Source: a virus
Taxonomy: Duplodnaviria > Caudoviricetes
IMG/VR virus record: IMGVR_UViG_3300033148_003473
Coordinates: 1,552-65,551 of that record
Reading direction: 5' to 3' (one strand)
DNA: 64,000 bases
Made by a program: the position numbers and the translations under genes. Positions 17,953-26,392 of this stretch are shown here, in pieces; position 1 is the stretch's first letter; each line of letters starts with the position of its first letter. The notes below the pieces were generated by a model. The model searched no databases. It was not told the origin of the DNA and saw nothing but the letters and a program-made list of their open reading frames with translations.

Positions 17953-19026
17953 TTAGCGTGAACTCTCACTGATAATCCCTGCCTGCAGCTCGTAGGACTT
18001 CGGCAATCGCCCCGTGCTGGGTGTCACCCCAACCTCCTCGGGTTCAGGTGAATCCACGTCGTGCAGCAGGTCCCAGTTTTCGAGCCCCACCGTCCACGCC
18101 CGTTCGATATATTCCATGTTGCCGAGTGCGCCCATGTACTGGTGTAGCTCAAACTGCTTTTGCTGCAGTTGGGCCTTGGTTTGCTGCACCTTTTGCTGTT
18201 CGGACTGCATACCAGGAGCGAGTACCTGCCACAATGGTACGGATTTGTCGCCGATTTGCACCACGGGATTCTGGTCCTGCGGGAACTGTCTGGCTATCCA
18301 CTGGAAGGTCTGGACCGAACCAACTGCTCTTTGCATGGCAGTCGAGGTTTCGTTGAGCTGGCCCTTGGCACCCTGCAGCTTTTCGGTGAGTTCCTTGAGG
18401 CGACCCTTGATTTTGACCTTGAAGGCATTGTCGGACTGGTAGCCGTAGAGGAAGGGGGTCTTTAAGAGGTCGGCGCCCTGTGGCACGTACAGTGAATACT
18501 GCGGGCCGTTATAGATTCCAGCCTTAGCCCAATCACGGGCCATGAGCTCCTTGCCCTTTTGGAGACCAAGCCAGAACTCGCAGGAGGGCCTTTGCTGAGC
18601 ATGTTCGATGGTGTGTGCCATATCCACGCCGTAGACAGCGATATGGTGGAAGTCCATGCGGAGGGCAAGGGCTATCATGTACGAGATTGAGTTGGTGAAG
18701 TAGTCGCCCGCATAGCCGATATACTGCACGAGTTCTTTCAGTGGATACTCGACCGAGGCGGGTACGTCGTCCTCGGTGTCCCACATGTAGATAGGCATTT
18801 GCTGGGCCTTTATCCAGTCCACGTGGTTCTCGTCCCGTCTGGCTGTACGCCAGTCGCGGTGGAGTTGGAACCAGCGGTAGCGCTCAATATCGGTGATAGG
18901 AATTATCTTGTAGAGCTCGTTGAGCCCCCAAATCTCGTAGTCGTCAGAGTGAAACGGTGCCTCGGTCCAGGTGGGTGCAAAGCCCACAATAGCAACCTTG
19001 TCCCGTATGCGTTCCAGCGCCTGCAT
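17953..19026 (-). CDS. putative Maf/sialyltransferase-fold glycosyltransferase with C-terminal coiled coil
   Basis: KVAIVGFAPT, IWGLN, TNSISYMIALALRMDFHHIAVYGVDM resemble the GT29/GT42/Maf pattern. Confidence 0.55.
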   Translation of the reverse strand: MQALERIRDKVAIVGFAPTWTEAPFHSDDYEIWGLNELYKIIPITDIERYRWFQLHRDWRTARRDENHVDWIKAQQMPIYMWDTEDDVPASVEYPLKELVQYIGYAGDYFTNSISYMIALALRMDFHHIAVYGVDMAHTIEHAQQRPSCEFWLGLQKGKELMARDWAKAGIYNGPQYSLYVPQGADLLKTPFLYGYQSDNAFKVKIKGRLKELTEKLQGAKGQLNETSTAMQRAVGSVQTFQWIARQFPQDQNPVVQIGDKSVPLWQVLAPGMQSEQQKVQQTKAQLQQKQFELHQYMGALGNMEYIERAWTVGLENWDLLHDVDSPEPEEVGVTPSTGRLPKSYELQAGIISESSR

Positions 19027-19053
19027 TGGTCCACCCCTTTGATGTGTTTGGTG

Positions 19054-19236
19054 TTACTGCTCCAGTGGCTCAATCGTGACCAGGAACGCCTGTCCCTGAT
19101 ATAAGAGTAGCCTCGCCACCTGCGCTACCTCACTCGCCGGTATCTCCAAATCAAGCCGCGAGGAACTGTCCTGACCGTGTAAGCGTATCGCGCTCAGTGT
19201 GTTGGCCAGTGAGGCCACGAACTGAATCTTTTCCAC
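19054..19236 (-). CDS. hypothetical protein
   Basis: ORF with RBS. Confidence 0.5.
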   Translation of the reverse strand: MEKIQFVASLANTLSAIRLHGQDSSSRLDLEIPASEVAQVARLLLYQGQAFLVTIEPLEQ

Positions 19237-19252
19237 AAGTACACCCCTTTCG

Positions 19253-20554
19253 CTACTCCGCAAGGTCCCGCTGAAGTTCCATGTCTATATAGGGCAGGTC
19301 GAGCTTTTCGGCCACGTGCCTTTCGACTCGCCCGTCAGGGCTCGGCGTGAAAATAAAGCCTGCCTGCGAAGCCTGCAGCAGGGCCTTGGTCCACTGTTCC
19401 ATGTCCTCCTTCTCGATATCGCCGTGTACGAGTTGGGGCATGGTGTCCATGTCGAAGCCGTTCAGCCGCCACAGCCTCGGAATAGCGTGGCGGTTGAATA
19501 CGCTCGTTATCTCGTCGAGGTAGGCACCAAGAGCAATCGCAAAGACGTTGGTTTTGCTACTGGACAACGCGAAGCTGCCCACTTTCTCGTGACCTATTAG
19601 CAGGAAGTCGGCCAGTACCGTCATGGCGAGACGCTGGTCGTAATATTCGATAATGCTTTTCACGTCGAACTGCCGCTGGCCGCCGGTGGAGAGCAGTTTG
19701 ATTGTGACCAGCGGGTCGCCGTTGTCGTCGCGGGGGGCCGGAAGCACAACACCTTCCTGCTCGTCGCGGCGAATATTGGTGACTATCTCCTTGAACTCGT
19801 CCTCGAACGCTTTCAGAATCTCGGGGTCACCCTCGATTATCGGATAGCCCGCCAAATCGCGTTCCACGCCGATACCAAGTATGTTCTCAAGGTTCTGCTT
19901 GAAGTACCAGGGACGGAAGGCATTACGCAGCACTGCCATACCCTCGGGGTTACCCTTGTGTGAACCGGCACGGAAGAGCAATAGCTTGTGGTAGGGGATA
20001 TACGCTGTCTCGTAGCTGTTGGGCAGGCGCTGGGCGAGCCCCTGCAGCTCGCCAGAGTCGTCGAAGTCCCAGGTGCTAATGGTATCCTGGGCGCGGATCG
20101 GAATCTTGGCCCAGCCAATCTTACCGTCGTCGTACTGACTCGGCTGCGGGCCACTCCCGGGCCTTGAAGCGTTGTAGCCTGGTGGCACCTCGCCCTGCCT
20201 CCGCTTATAGACCAGTTCATGGACCGAGAAACCGTAGGGGATAAACGTCAGTATTTCCGTCAGCGTGTTTTGCCACGAGTCGGACATGTCGCCCAGGCAC
20301 GATTCCAGAAAGTCTGCCCCTTCCTGCGCCTCGGGAGTATCGTCAGCTGGCTCGGCGTTCCACGGCACCTGGCGGCACATGAGGTCCACCAGCCGGAATA
20401 CCGCCCCCAGCACCGGGTCGTTGTAGAGCATTTCCCTGTAGGTACGGTAGCGGCGGGCATACTGGAGGTCACGCAAAAACTCCTCCTGCACCTTGCCGCC
20501 CCACTGGGCGAGACCGCGCTTGCCGTAGATTTTGAGGTCGAGCTTTTCAGCCAT
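19253..20554 (-). CDS. portal protein (DUF935 / Mu gp29-like)
   Basis: YGFSVHELVYK, GNPEG..LRNAFRPWYFK, GVERDLAGYP, GSFALS, IPRLWRLN; follows TerL. Confidence 0.9.
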   Translation of the reverse strand: MAEKLDLKIYGKRGLAQWGGKVQEEFLRDLQYARRYRTYREMLYNDPVLGAVFRLVDLMCRQVPWNAEPADDTPEAQEGADFLESCLGDMSDSWQNTLTEILTFIPYGFSVHELVYKRRQGEVPPGYNASRPGSGPQPSQYDDGKIGWAKIPIRAQDTISTWDFDDSGELQGLAQRLPNSYETAYIPYHKLLLFRAGSHKGNPEGMAVLRNAFRPWYFKQNLENILGIGVERDLAGYPIIEGDPEILKAFEDEFKEIVTNIRRDEQEGVVLPAPRDDNGDPLVTIKLLSTGGQRQFDVKSIIEYYDQRLAMTVLADFLLIGHEKVGSFALSSSKTNVFAIALGAYLDEITSVFNRHAIPRLWRLNGFDMDTMPQLVHGDIEKEDMEQWTKALLQASQAGFIFTPSPDGRVERHVAEKLDLPYIDMELQRDLAE

Positions 20555-20561
20555 GTCTTAC

Positions 20562-21947
20562 CTACCGTCCCTTCCAGCGTGACGGACGCTTGAGCAGTGC
20601 GTTGAGCGAGAAATCTATCTTGCCGATATTGCGTCGCCGTCCCAGCATGAGCTCGGTTAGCGCCCACACCAGTGCGTCCAGCCTGTCAGGCGAGGGGTCG
20701 CCCGGTTCCCACGAGCACAGCTGGTCCTCCAGGTCACCGAACGTGCCGACGTGGTGTACCAGACCCTGTTCATAGAGCGCCGCTATCGGTTCGGCGCGAA
20801 TTGCTTTACCACGCGAGGCCCGGACCTGCTTGTAGGCGGCCTTCGGGTCCACGGTGTGAATCGTGTGCTCTATCATGTCGCCGCCGTTGTTGACCTCACC
20901 GATAATGCGGTCTGCCTCATACTGCTCGTAGGCGTTGACGGCGCGTTTGGCCCACGCGTCGGGCTTGGCACGAACGGTCCGGTCGTCAAGTACAAAGCCG
21001 TGTAGTTCGCGCTCACCACGCGCCTTGGAATAGCCGACACCGGCCACGACAATACCGGTCTCACTGGAGGTATCGCTGACACTGACGGCGGGGTCAATCG
21101 CCACCACGATACGTTCAAGTATTGGTGCCTCGGTGAGGCGTAGCTTGTCGAGTGTGGCCCGTTTCCAGAGTGCACCGGGGGCATCATCCAGTATCTCGCC
21201 GGTGAGCTCCTGTCTACCGAGCCGGGTACCCTCGTACTTGCGGATAATTTCTGCGAAGAATGGTGGCGCAAGGTTTGCCCTGTTCTCATAGGTGGTGCCC
21301 CGGGTGATACGCACATCCTCGGGGTTTTCGGAGCGTGCGACAAGCTCCTTGATAATCGGGATTGGCTTGGGTGTGGTGGTCACTATGACCCGGGGGTCGT
21401 CACCGAGCCGGAGTCCGAACATGAGCATGTCCCAGGTTTCCTGCGGGTATTTCCAGGCGGCCAGTTCGTCACACCATGCAGAGTCGTGCTGGGGTCCGCG
21501 CAGCTGATTGGCCTTGTGTGAGGAGTAAATAGTGGCCACGGCACCGTTCTTCCAGGTAAGCCTGCGCTTGGAGGGCTCGTAGAGCGGCCTATCCCATGGC
21601 GGGCAGACATTCAAAAGCCCACTCTCGCCCTCAATCATGACGTCCCGGGCATCGGCGGGCGTGTCGGCCACAAGTGCAATGCGACGGGCCTTGCCGGATT
21701 CAACCCGCTGTCGAACCCATTCTGCCCCCGCTCTAGTTTTCCCGTATCCTCTCCCGGTAAGTAACAGCCAGATTCGCCACTGGCCATCCGGTGGTAGCTG
21801 CTTGGGCCGCGCCCAGAAATCCCAGTTGTACATGAGCCCCTCGGACCCATGCGGGTCGGAGGCAGCGAGGTCATCCAGTATCAGCTTCTGTTTCTGTTCG
21901 CTCAGCGAGGCGACGTATGCGGCCAGCGAGCTCTTCCCGGTCGGCAA
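20562..21947 (-). CDS. terL: terminase large subunit
   Basis: Walker A GRGYGKT, LRGPQH..WCDELAAW, TTTPKP, VVAIDPA, SPDRLDALVWA; TTG start after GAGGTG. Confidence 0.95.
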   Translation of the reverse strand: MPTGKSSLAAYVASLSEQKQKLILDDLAASDPHGSEGLMYNWDFWARPKQLPPDGQWRIWLLLTGRGYGKTRAGAEWVRQRVESGKARRIALVADTPADARDVMIEGESGLLNVCPPWDRPLYEPSKRRLTWKNGAVATIYSSHKANQLRGPQHDSAWCDELAAWKYPQETWDMLMFGLRLGDDPRVIVTTTPKPIPIIKELVARSENPEDVRITRGTTYENRANLAPPFFAEIIRKYEGTRLGRQELTGEILDDAPGALWKRATLDKLRLTEAPILERIVVAIDPAVSVSDTSSETGIVVAGVGYSKARGERELHGFVLDDRTVRAKPDAWAKRAVNAYEQYEADRIIGEVNNGGDMIEHTIHTVDPKAAYKQVRASRGKAIRAEPIAALYEQGLVHHVGTFGDLEDQLCSWEPGDPSPDRLDALVWALTELMLGRRRNIGKIDFSLNALLKRPSRWKGR

Positions 21948-22338
21948 GCGTGTCCACCTCTTTGCGTTCCGTTGGTTCACCGGAGAGTAGCTGGGCCTTG
22001 TCGATAAGCGTGCCAATGGCTGTGGTCATGTGGTGAATGGCGGCCTTGTCCAGCCGCTCCCTTGAGTCCACCTCGTCGAGCATGGTACGGATTTTCTGCC
22101 AGGCAATCTCCACGAACTCTGCCTTGCGCTCTACCAACTCGTCGCTGGCCCGCTGCCAGGCGCGCTCGTTAATGGCCTGCCTGCGAGCCTCCCAGTTATC
22201 CTGCCTCGCCCAGTTCTGGAGCGTTGGTATGGACGGTTCGCGTTCGCGGCTTATCTCGGCCAAAGATTTGCCCATGCAGTAGTAGGTGAAGCAAGTTAGT
22301 CGCTCCTTATCGCTATAGGCGTATCCGGGGCCAGCCAT
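21871..22338 (-). CDS. terS: terminase small subunit (HTH)
   Basis: N-terminal HTH (SLAEIS...TLQNWARQDNW); directly upstream of TerL. Confidence 0.7.
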   Translation of the reverse strand: MAGPGYAYSDKERLTCFTYYCMGKSLAEISREREPSIPTLQNWARQDNWEARRQAINERAWQRASDELVERKAEFVEIAWQKIRTMLDEVDSRERLDKAAIHHMTTAIGTLIDKAQLLSGEPTERKEVDTLADREELAGRIRRLAERTETEADTG

Positions 22339-22353
22339 GGAGTCTCACCTTCT

Positions 22354-22710
22354 TTAGTCGCTAATCACGTAAACCATAATCTCTCGCCTCCCCCACTCCA
22401 GCGCCTCCGAAACCTCCTGCATGTAGATGTCGATGTGGCCCTCGGTGATAGCTCCTCCCCTGTCCTCGCATATGAACGTGTTGCGGAAGGCTGGAATGTA
22501 GACCCGTGTGCCGAACTCCCAATCTGGTGGACAGGCGAGGGTCCTGCCCTCCACGACGTGTTTGCCTGAAGCTGTTATGCCGTAGGCGGGGTGGCTGGGG
22601 GCCTTCTGGCATGACTCGTACTGCTCTGTGTAGGCGGTGGCTTCGACCTGTACCCAGTGGCCGGGGAGGAGTAGCAGGCCAATGAGGAGAAGTCTTATGA
22701 GGCCGATCAT
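22354..22710 (-). CDS. secreted 3D-domain (lytic transglycosylase-like) protein
   Basis: signal peptide; EATAYT, ITASG, FGTRVYIP, EDRGGAI, HIDIYM, WGRR. Confidence 0.85.
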   Translation of the reverse strand: MIGLIRLLLIGLLLLPGHWVQVEATAYTEQYESCQKAPSHPAYGITASGKHVVEGRTLACPPDWEFGTRVYIPAFRNTFICEDRGGAITEGHIDIYMQEVSEALEWGRREIMVYVISD

Positions 22711-22881
22711 TTAGCGTTCCCGTATCTGTTGGAGGCGGTGCTGGATGCGCGCGTGGTTCTTATTCAAGCCTCGTTGTCGCTGACATCGCGGACACATGCA
22801 CCGCCACTCAATCGGCTCATCCGAGGAATAATGTGTTTTGCACACTGGGCACTGCCGCCCATACACCCAATGGCCACTCAT
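22711..22881 (-). CDS. small zinc-ribbon protein
   Basis: translated by hand: CPVC...CMCPRC. Confidence 0.45.
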   Translation of the reverse strand: MSGHWVYGRQCPVCKTHYSSDEPIEWRCMCPRCQRQRGLNKNHARIQHRLQQIRER

Positions 22882-22885
22882 GTTC

Positions 22886-23083
22886 TCACCTCTCCCCTGC
22901 GAAATCGCTCAAGTCGGTGTCCCACACTGTAATGGTGATGGTTTTCTTGCCCGTGCAGGCCTTGCAAACATAGCCGTCCTTGGGTGGTATCTCGACAAGC
23001 TCAACCTCAACGTCGTATTCAGCGATGAGGCAGTCTGCGAGTTCGTGTTCTATGCCCTGCCTTAATTGCTCTTGCCAATCCAT
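22886..23083 (-). CDS. hypothetical protein
   Basis: ATG after GAGGTG RBS. Confidence 0.55.
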   Translation of the reverse strand: MDWQEQLRQGIEHELADCLIAEYDVEVELVEIPPKDGYVCKACTGKKTITITVWDTDLSDFAGER

Positions 23084-23095
23084 GCTCTCACCTCT

Positions 23096-23288
23096 CCCGT
23101 GATAGTATTGCAGGCCCGGCTTGCCATGGAGCCTCCTGACTCCCACCGGCTCCCTCCGGCGCACAGCCCAGACACCATTGGCTGTGCCCCTCTACACCCC
23201 GCTCCGGAGCGGGTGTCTCGCTCAGCCTGCGTGTGATAGTGTCGGGGCGCACAGCTGAGCAACGTTCTCCAGCCATGCACCCCACGGG
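23096..23288 (-). ncRNA. candidate structured RNA (~193 nt)
   Basis: closing CCCGTG/CACGGG; internal stems GCTCAGC/GCTGAGC, GCACAGCC/GGCTGTGC, CCCGCTC/GAGCGGG; complementary loops GACACTAT/ATGGTGTC. Confidence 0.6.
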
Positions 23289-23292
23289 TTAT

Positions 23293-23691
23293 CTAGTACT
23301 CGCCATTTGTCTTACTCGGGCCATCTACCTGATTCACGGTGACGGTCCAATCAGGTGGGGTCCAATAACCATACGGCAGCTGGTTTATTTCCTCGCGGAT
23401 AATGCGGCGAATATCGTCAGCGTCGAGCGGTTGCTTGCGCTCAATTATGGTGGGCTTCCCGTCGCCAGTTTCCCTGCTGTCTGGCTCATCTATCTCGGTC
23501 ACTCGCAATGCACGAATCCATCCAGTGGGCACCATCAATATGCGACTCTCATCCATGATGAATAAGCTATGCTTGGTGGCGAGTTTGCCCAGTTGGTCTC
23601 TAACCTGCTTTTGTATCTCCTTGATTGGTGCGTTGAACGTCTCGCTAATCAGCTCCATATCCGGCCCAAAGTACACAGTCACTCGTACCAC
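23293..23691 (-). CDS. hypothetical protein
   Basis: GTG after GAGGAG. Confidence 0.55.
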   Translation of the reverse strand: MVRVTVYFGPDMELISETFNAPIKEIQKQVRDQLGKLATKHSLFIMDESRILMVPTGWIRALRVTEIDEPDSRETGDGKPTIIERKQPLDADDIRRIIREEINQLPYGYWTPPDWTVTVNQVDGPSKTNGEY

Positions 23692-23739
23692 TGTTGGCTC
23701 ACTCCTCAGTAAAAGGTAAAGGTAGAAGTGGGTTGGTGT

Positions 23740-23933
23740 TGGTGGACACACAGGGAGCTAACCCCGATTACAGGCCGCGCCTCACGGGACGGGCATAGGT
23801 CGTTCGCGGCTAGCTCCACGCCTCGCAGTATATCGGGAGCATTATCGCCGCGACTGGGGAGCGGGGCCATAATGACTGTTGAGCGCCCCTACGACTCCTA
23901 ACCCCCACGGCTTTCCCGGCTCCCTGTGTGTCC
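23740..23933 (-). ncRNA. candidate structured RNA (~194 nt) ending in ACCA
   Basis: perfect 16-bp inverted repeat 23743-23758 / 23919-23934; several internal stems. Confidence 0.6.
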
Positions 23934-23975
23934 AGTTGGGCTACATCCAGCCATGGATACCTCGTTGTCATAGTT

Positions 23976-24200
23976 GGCCCGCTCCGCCGCCCCTACGTAA
24001 GAAGCCCACATATGAACGCAGGCCTTCGAGTTGGCAGAGCGGGAATGATTGTCTCCGAGTCCCACGGGCCCACATTCCCTCCAGCCCGTCATTCGCCCTG
24101 TCGTTGCTCCACCGCTCGGAGAATGAGTGTGGCCCCACCCGACTGCCGCAGCTGGTTGGCCAATTGCCTGAGGGTTTTCTGCCGTCATGATAGTGGGGCC
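23976..24200 (-). ncRNA. three tandem ~70-nt stem-closed RNA domains
   Basis: closing stems 24131-24138/24193-24200, 24052-24059/24115-24122, 23978-23988/24033-24043. Confidence 0.5.
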
Positions 24201-24204
24201 GAGT

Positions 24205-24996
24205 CTAAATTGGTAACGCTATTTGCACAGCAGCAAGCCGTCGCCGGATAATATCACAATATTCTGCGCTTATCTCGAACCCAACTGCGTTACGTCCGTG
24301 CTGAAGTGCCACTTTCAGTGTTGTCCCACTTCCCGCAAAAGGGTCGAGCACAGTGTCGCCCTCATTGCTCCATGAAAGAATATGGTCGCGAGCTAGGGCT
24401 TCGGGGAATATGGCGGGGTGCTCAAATGCAAATCGGTCTTTAGTGGAGTGCATGTAGCCAACGTTATACGTCCATACATTTGCTCGATTTCGGTCCTCTT
24501 TGCCCGTATCGTACTGCATGGGTACCGTCGTTCCATCAGATTGCCTGTTCCGGCTATTCTTGTTAGGGTTACGGTTTGCAATTTTTGTGGGAACCCTAGT
24601 GATATGCGCCGCCTTGGGTTTACCCCTAGACAATACAAACATATACTCGAACACCTGGTTGTAGCGATTCACCTCGGAAAACGGGAAGGCGTTCTTCCGG
24701 TATATCATTGTGTCGTGTAGCAAGAAGCCTGCCTCCATGAAGCCTAATGCTTGCCGAAAACTGGAGCCTGTTTCGCTCCCGTTTATCACTGCATCTCCCA
24801 CTATCCACACCACGACCCCGCCGTCCTTCGTCACTCGGTACAGCTCACTGCTCACCCCGTCGAAGTCGAACGAGAAGCCATGATAGTCTCTCAGATTGTC
24901 ATATGGTGGGCTGGTCACGGTCAGGTCTATCGACTCTGTGGGTACTTTTGCCATGCCCTCCACGCAGTCTTGATTGTAAAGCTGAACGTAAGGCAT
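24205..24996 (-). CDS. N4/N6 DNA methyltransferase (beta class)
   Basis: TSPPY, HPAIFP, VLDPFAGSGTT. Confidence 0.92.
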   Translation of the reverse strand: MPYVQLYNQDCVEGMAKVPTESIDLTVTSPPYDNLRDYHGFSFDFDGVSSELYRVTKDGGVVVWIVGDAVINGSETGSSFRQALGFMEAGFLLHDTMIYRKNAFPFSEVNRYNQVFEYMFVLSRGKPKAAHITRVPTKIANRNPNKNSRNRQSDGTTVPMQYDTGKEDRNRANVWTYNVGYMHSTKDRFAFEHPAIFPEALARDHILSWSNEGDTVLDPFAGSGTTLKVALQHGRNAVGFEISAEYCDIIRRRLAAVQIALPI

Positions 24997-25010
24997 GGGT
25001 ACCTCCTGCT

Positions 25011-25192
25011 GGGTGCTCGCCCTCCCCTTCCGATTCATTGAGCTAAGGTGGCAAACGTTAATCGCCCTCCCCCGCCCCACGCTACACCGCCGAGGCGGAG
25101 TAGAGGGTATGCTCTATGCGGGGCAGACGGTTCATCGGGCGGGGTTGCTCTAGTCTTTTTGCTACCCTGTCGTAGCGAACGGGGCATCACCC
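25011..25192 (-). ncRNA. candidate rod-like structured RNA (~182 nt)
   Basis: closing GGGTG/CACCC; nested CGCCC/GGGCG, CTGCCCCGC/GTGGGGCGG and a CCGCC-TC-GGCGG apex. Confidence 0.45.
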
Positions 25193-25195
25193 CCC

Positions 25196-26209
25196 TTAAC
25201 GCCGCTCGCTCTCCAGCCACTTCGCCGCGTCCTCGATTTCCATGAAGGGAACCATCTTCTTTTGGTCAGGGTAGAGAATCACGGTCGGTACTGCGGGTAT
25301 GGCCGAGTAGCCGCCCAGTCGCTGGCCGTAGTCCTCTCTCACCTTGTAGGCGCCGCAGCGAATGAAGATGGGTTGCTTGTTGGCCTTGGTGGTATGGTGT
25401 ACGTCGGGGTAGTGTTTATGGCCGACGGCTACGATGTCGGGGTTGCCCAAATCGCGGAAAAGGTTGCGCTGAGTGTTGGTCGAGTTGAGCTTGGATTCGC
25501 CCCAGTACTTATGCCTCGTGGCGATGGTATAGGTGATATTACCGACGCGGAGCCTCACCAGTCCACCGTGCCAGAGGTTTACCGCGTCAACCTCCTTGGC
25601 GATGGTCGCCACGAACGATTCGTGGCCCTGCTGTACATCCCAGTGGTCGTGGCAGCCCTCTAGTATCCAGAGCGTGTTGTGGCCAATCTTTCGGGCATAG
25701 CGCATGGCTACCAGGTCCTGCGTGCCAGGCTTGAACTGTGCCTCGTGCTGGCCACCCCTTGGGCCGGAGCTTATGTAGTTGTCCTTCATGTCGCCCAGTA
25801 CCGCGTTCTTGAACCCGTCAACGGTGGCCATTAGCCCGGTGTGGTAGTCAAGAGCCCCGTAATCTGTCCCAATGTGGCCCGTGTGCCAGTCGCCGGTCAG
25901 GTTCAGCCCGATGGGTAGGTCGGTGTCTATTATGATGGTGGCTGTCGTTTGCCGGGTGTCGAGCCGGTCGTATTCTGACTGTGCCTCCCGCATGACGGCC
26001 AGGAAGCGGTCAACGTCCTCGTCGGTAGGTGGCTCACGCTTGTCTTCGAAGGTCACGTCACCCTTCTTGCGGGCGCGGAAAACCCGTTTCCGTAATGCCT
26101 CGCCGGTCGGACAGTTTGCGTCGGGGTACTCCTCGTTTATCTGCTGGTTAACCTCGTCCCACTGTAAGCCACTGTCGAACAACTCGCGGGCACGGTCGAG
26201 GTAGTTCAC
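25196..26209 (-). CDS. calcineurin-like metallophosphoesterase with N-terminal HTH
   Basis: GDWH, LGD, GCHD, H, GHKH motifs. Confidence 0.85.
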   Translation of the reverse strand: MNYLDRARELFDSGLQWDEVNQQINEEYPDANCPTGEALRKRVFRARKKGDVTFEDKREPPTDEDVDRFLAVMREAQSEYDRLDTRQTTATIIIDTDLPIGLNLTGDWHTGHIGTDYGALDYHTGLMATVDGFKNAVLGDMKDNYISSGPRGGQHEAQFKPGTQDLVAMRYARKIGHNTLWILEGCHDHWDVQQGHESFVATIAKEVDAVNLWHGGLVRLRVGNITYTIATRHKYWGESKLNSTNTQRNLFRDLGNPDIVAVGHKHYPDVHHTTKANKQPIFIRCGAYKVREDYGQRLGGYSAIPAVPTVILYPDQKKMVPFMEIEDAAKWLESERR

Positions 26210-26303
26210 GATTCGCCCCCTTCGGTGAAGATAGTTGGGCCGGGTCCGGGGAGGTGGCAGACCCGACCCCTGCATGGGAGAGCTGCGAGAGGCAGCTGGG
26301 TGC

Positions 26304-26332
26304 AAAAGAAAAACGCCCCCGAAGTGGAGGCG
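26304..26332 (-). terminator. intrinsic terminator just after the late promoter
   Basis: CGCCTCC-ACTTC-GGGGGCG followed by TTTTTCTTTT. Confidence 0.75.
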
Positions 26333-26363
26333 GTTGGTTTTGGGTACAAGTATCAACAACTAC

Positions 26364-26392
26364 ACTATACTAATCCGCCCGGTCAATGTCAA
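26364..26392 (-). promoter_or_regulatory. sigma-A promoter (probable late promoter)
   Basis: TTGACA-17 nt-TATAGT facing the packaging/structural operon. Confidence 0.8.

Noticed and set aside
19981-20008. Portal/51561 repeat as a DGR template-variable pair
   Set aside because: No reverse transcriptase, no adenine-specific mismatches, too short
23062-24251. Short ORFs in the structured intergenic blocks
   Set aside because: Low-complexity translations, no RBS, and dense base pairing favour RNA
23100-26240. Recurring ACTATC motif near 3' sides of hairpins
   Set aside because: Only 6-7 nt; cannot be distinguished from chance by eye
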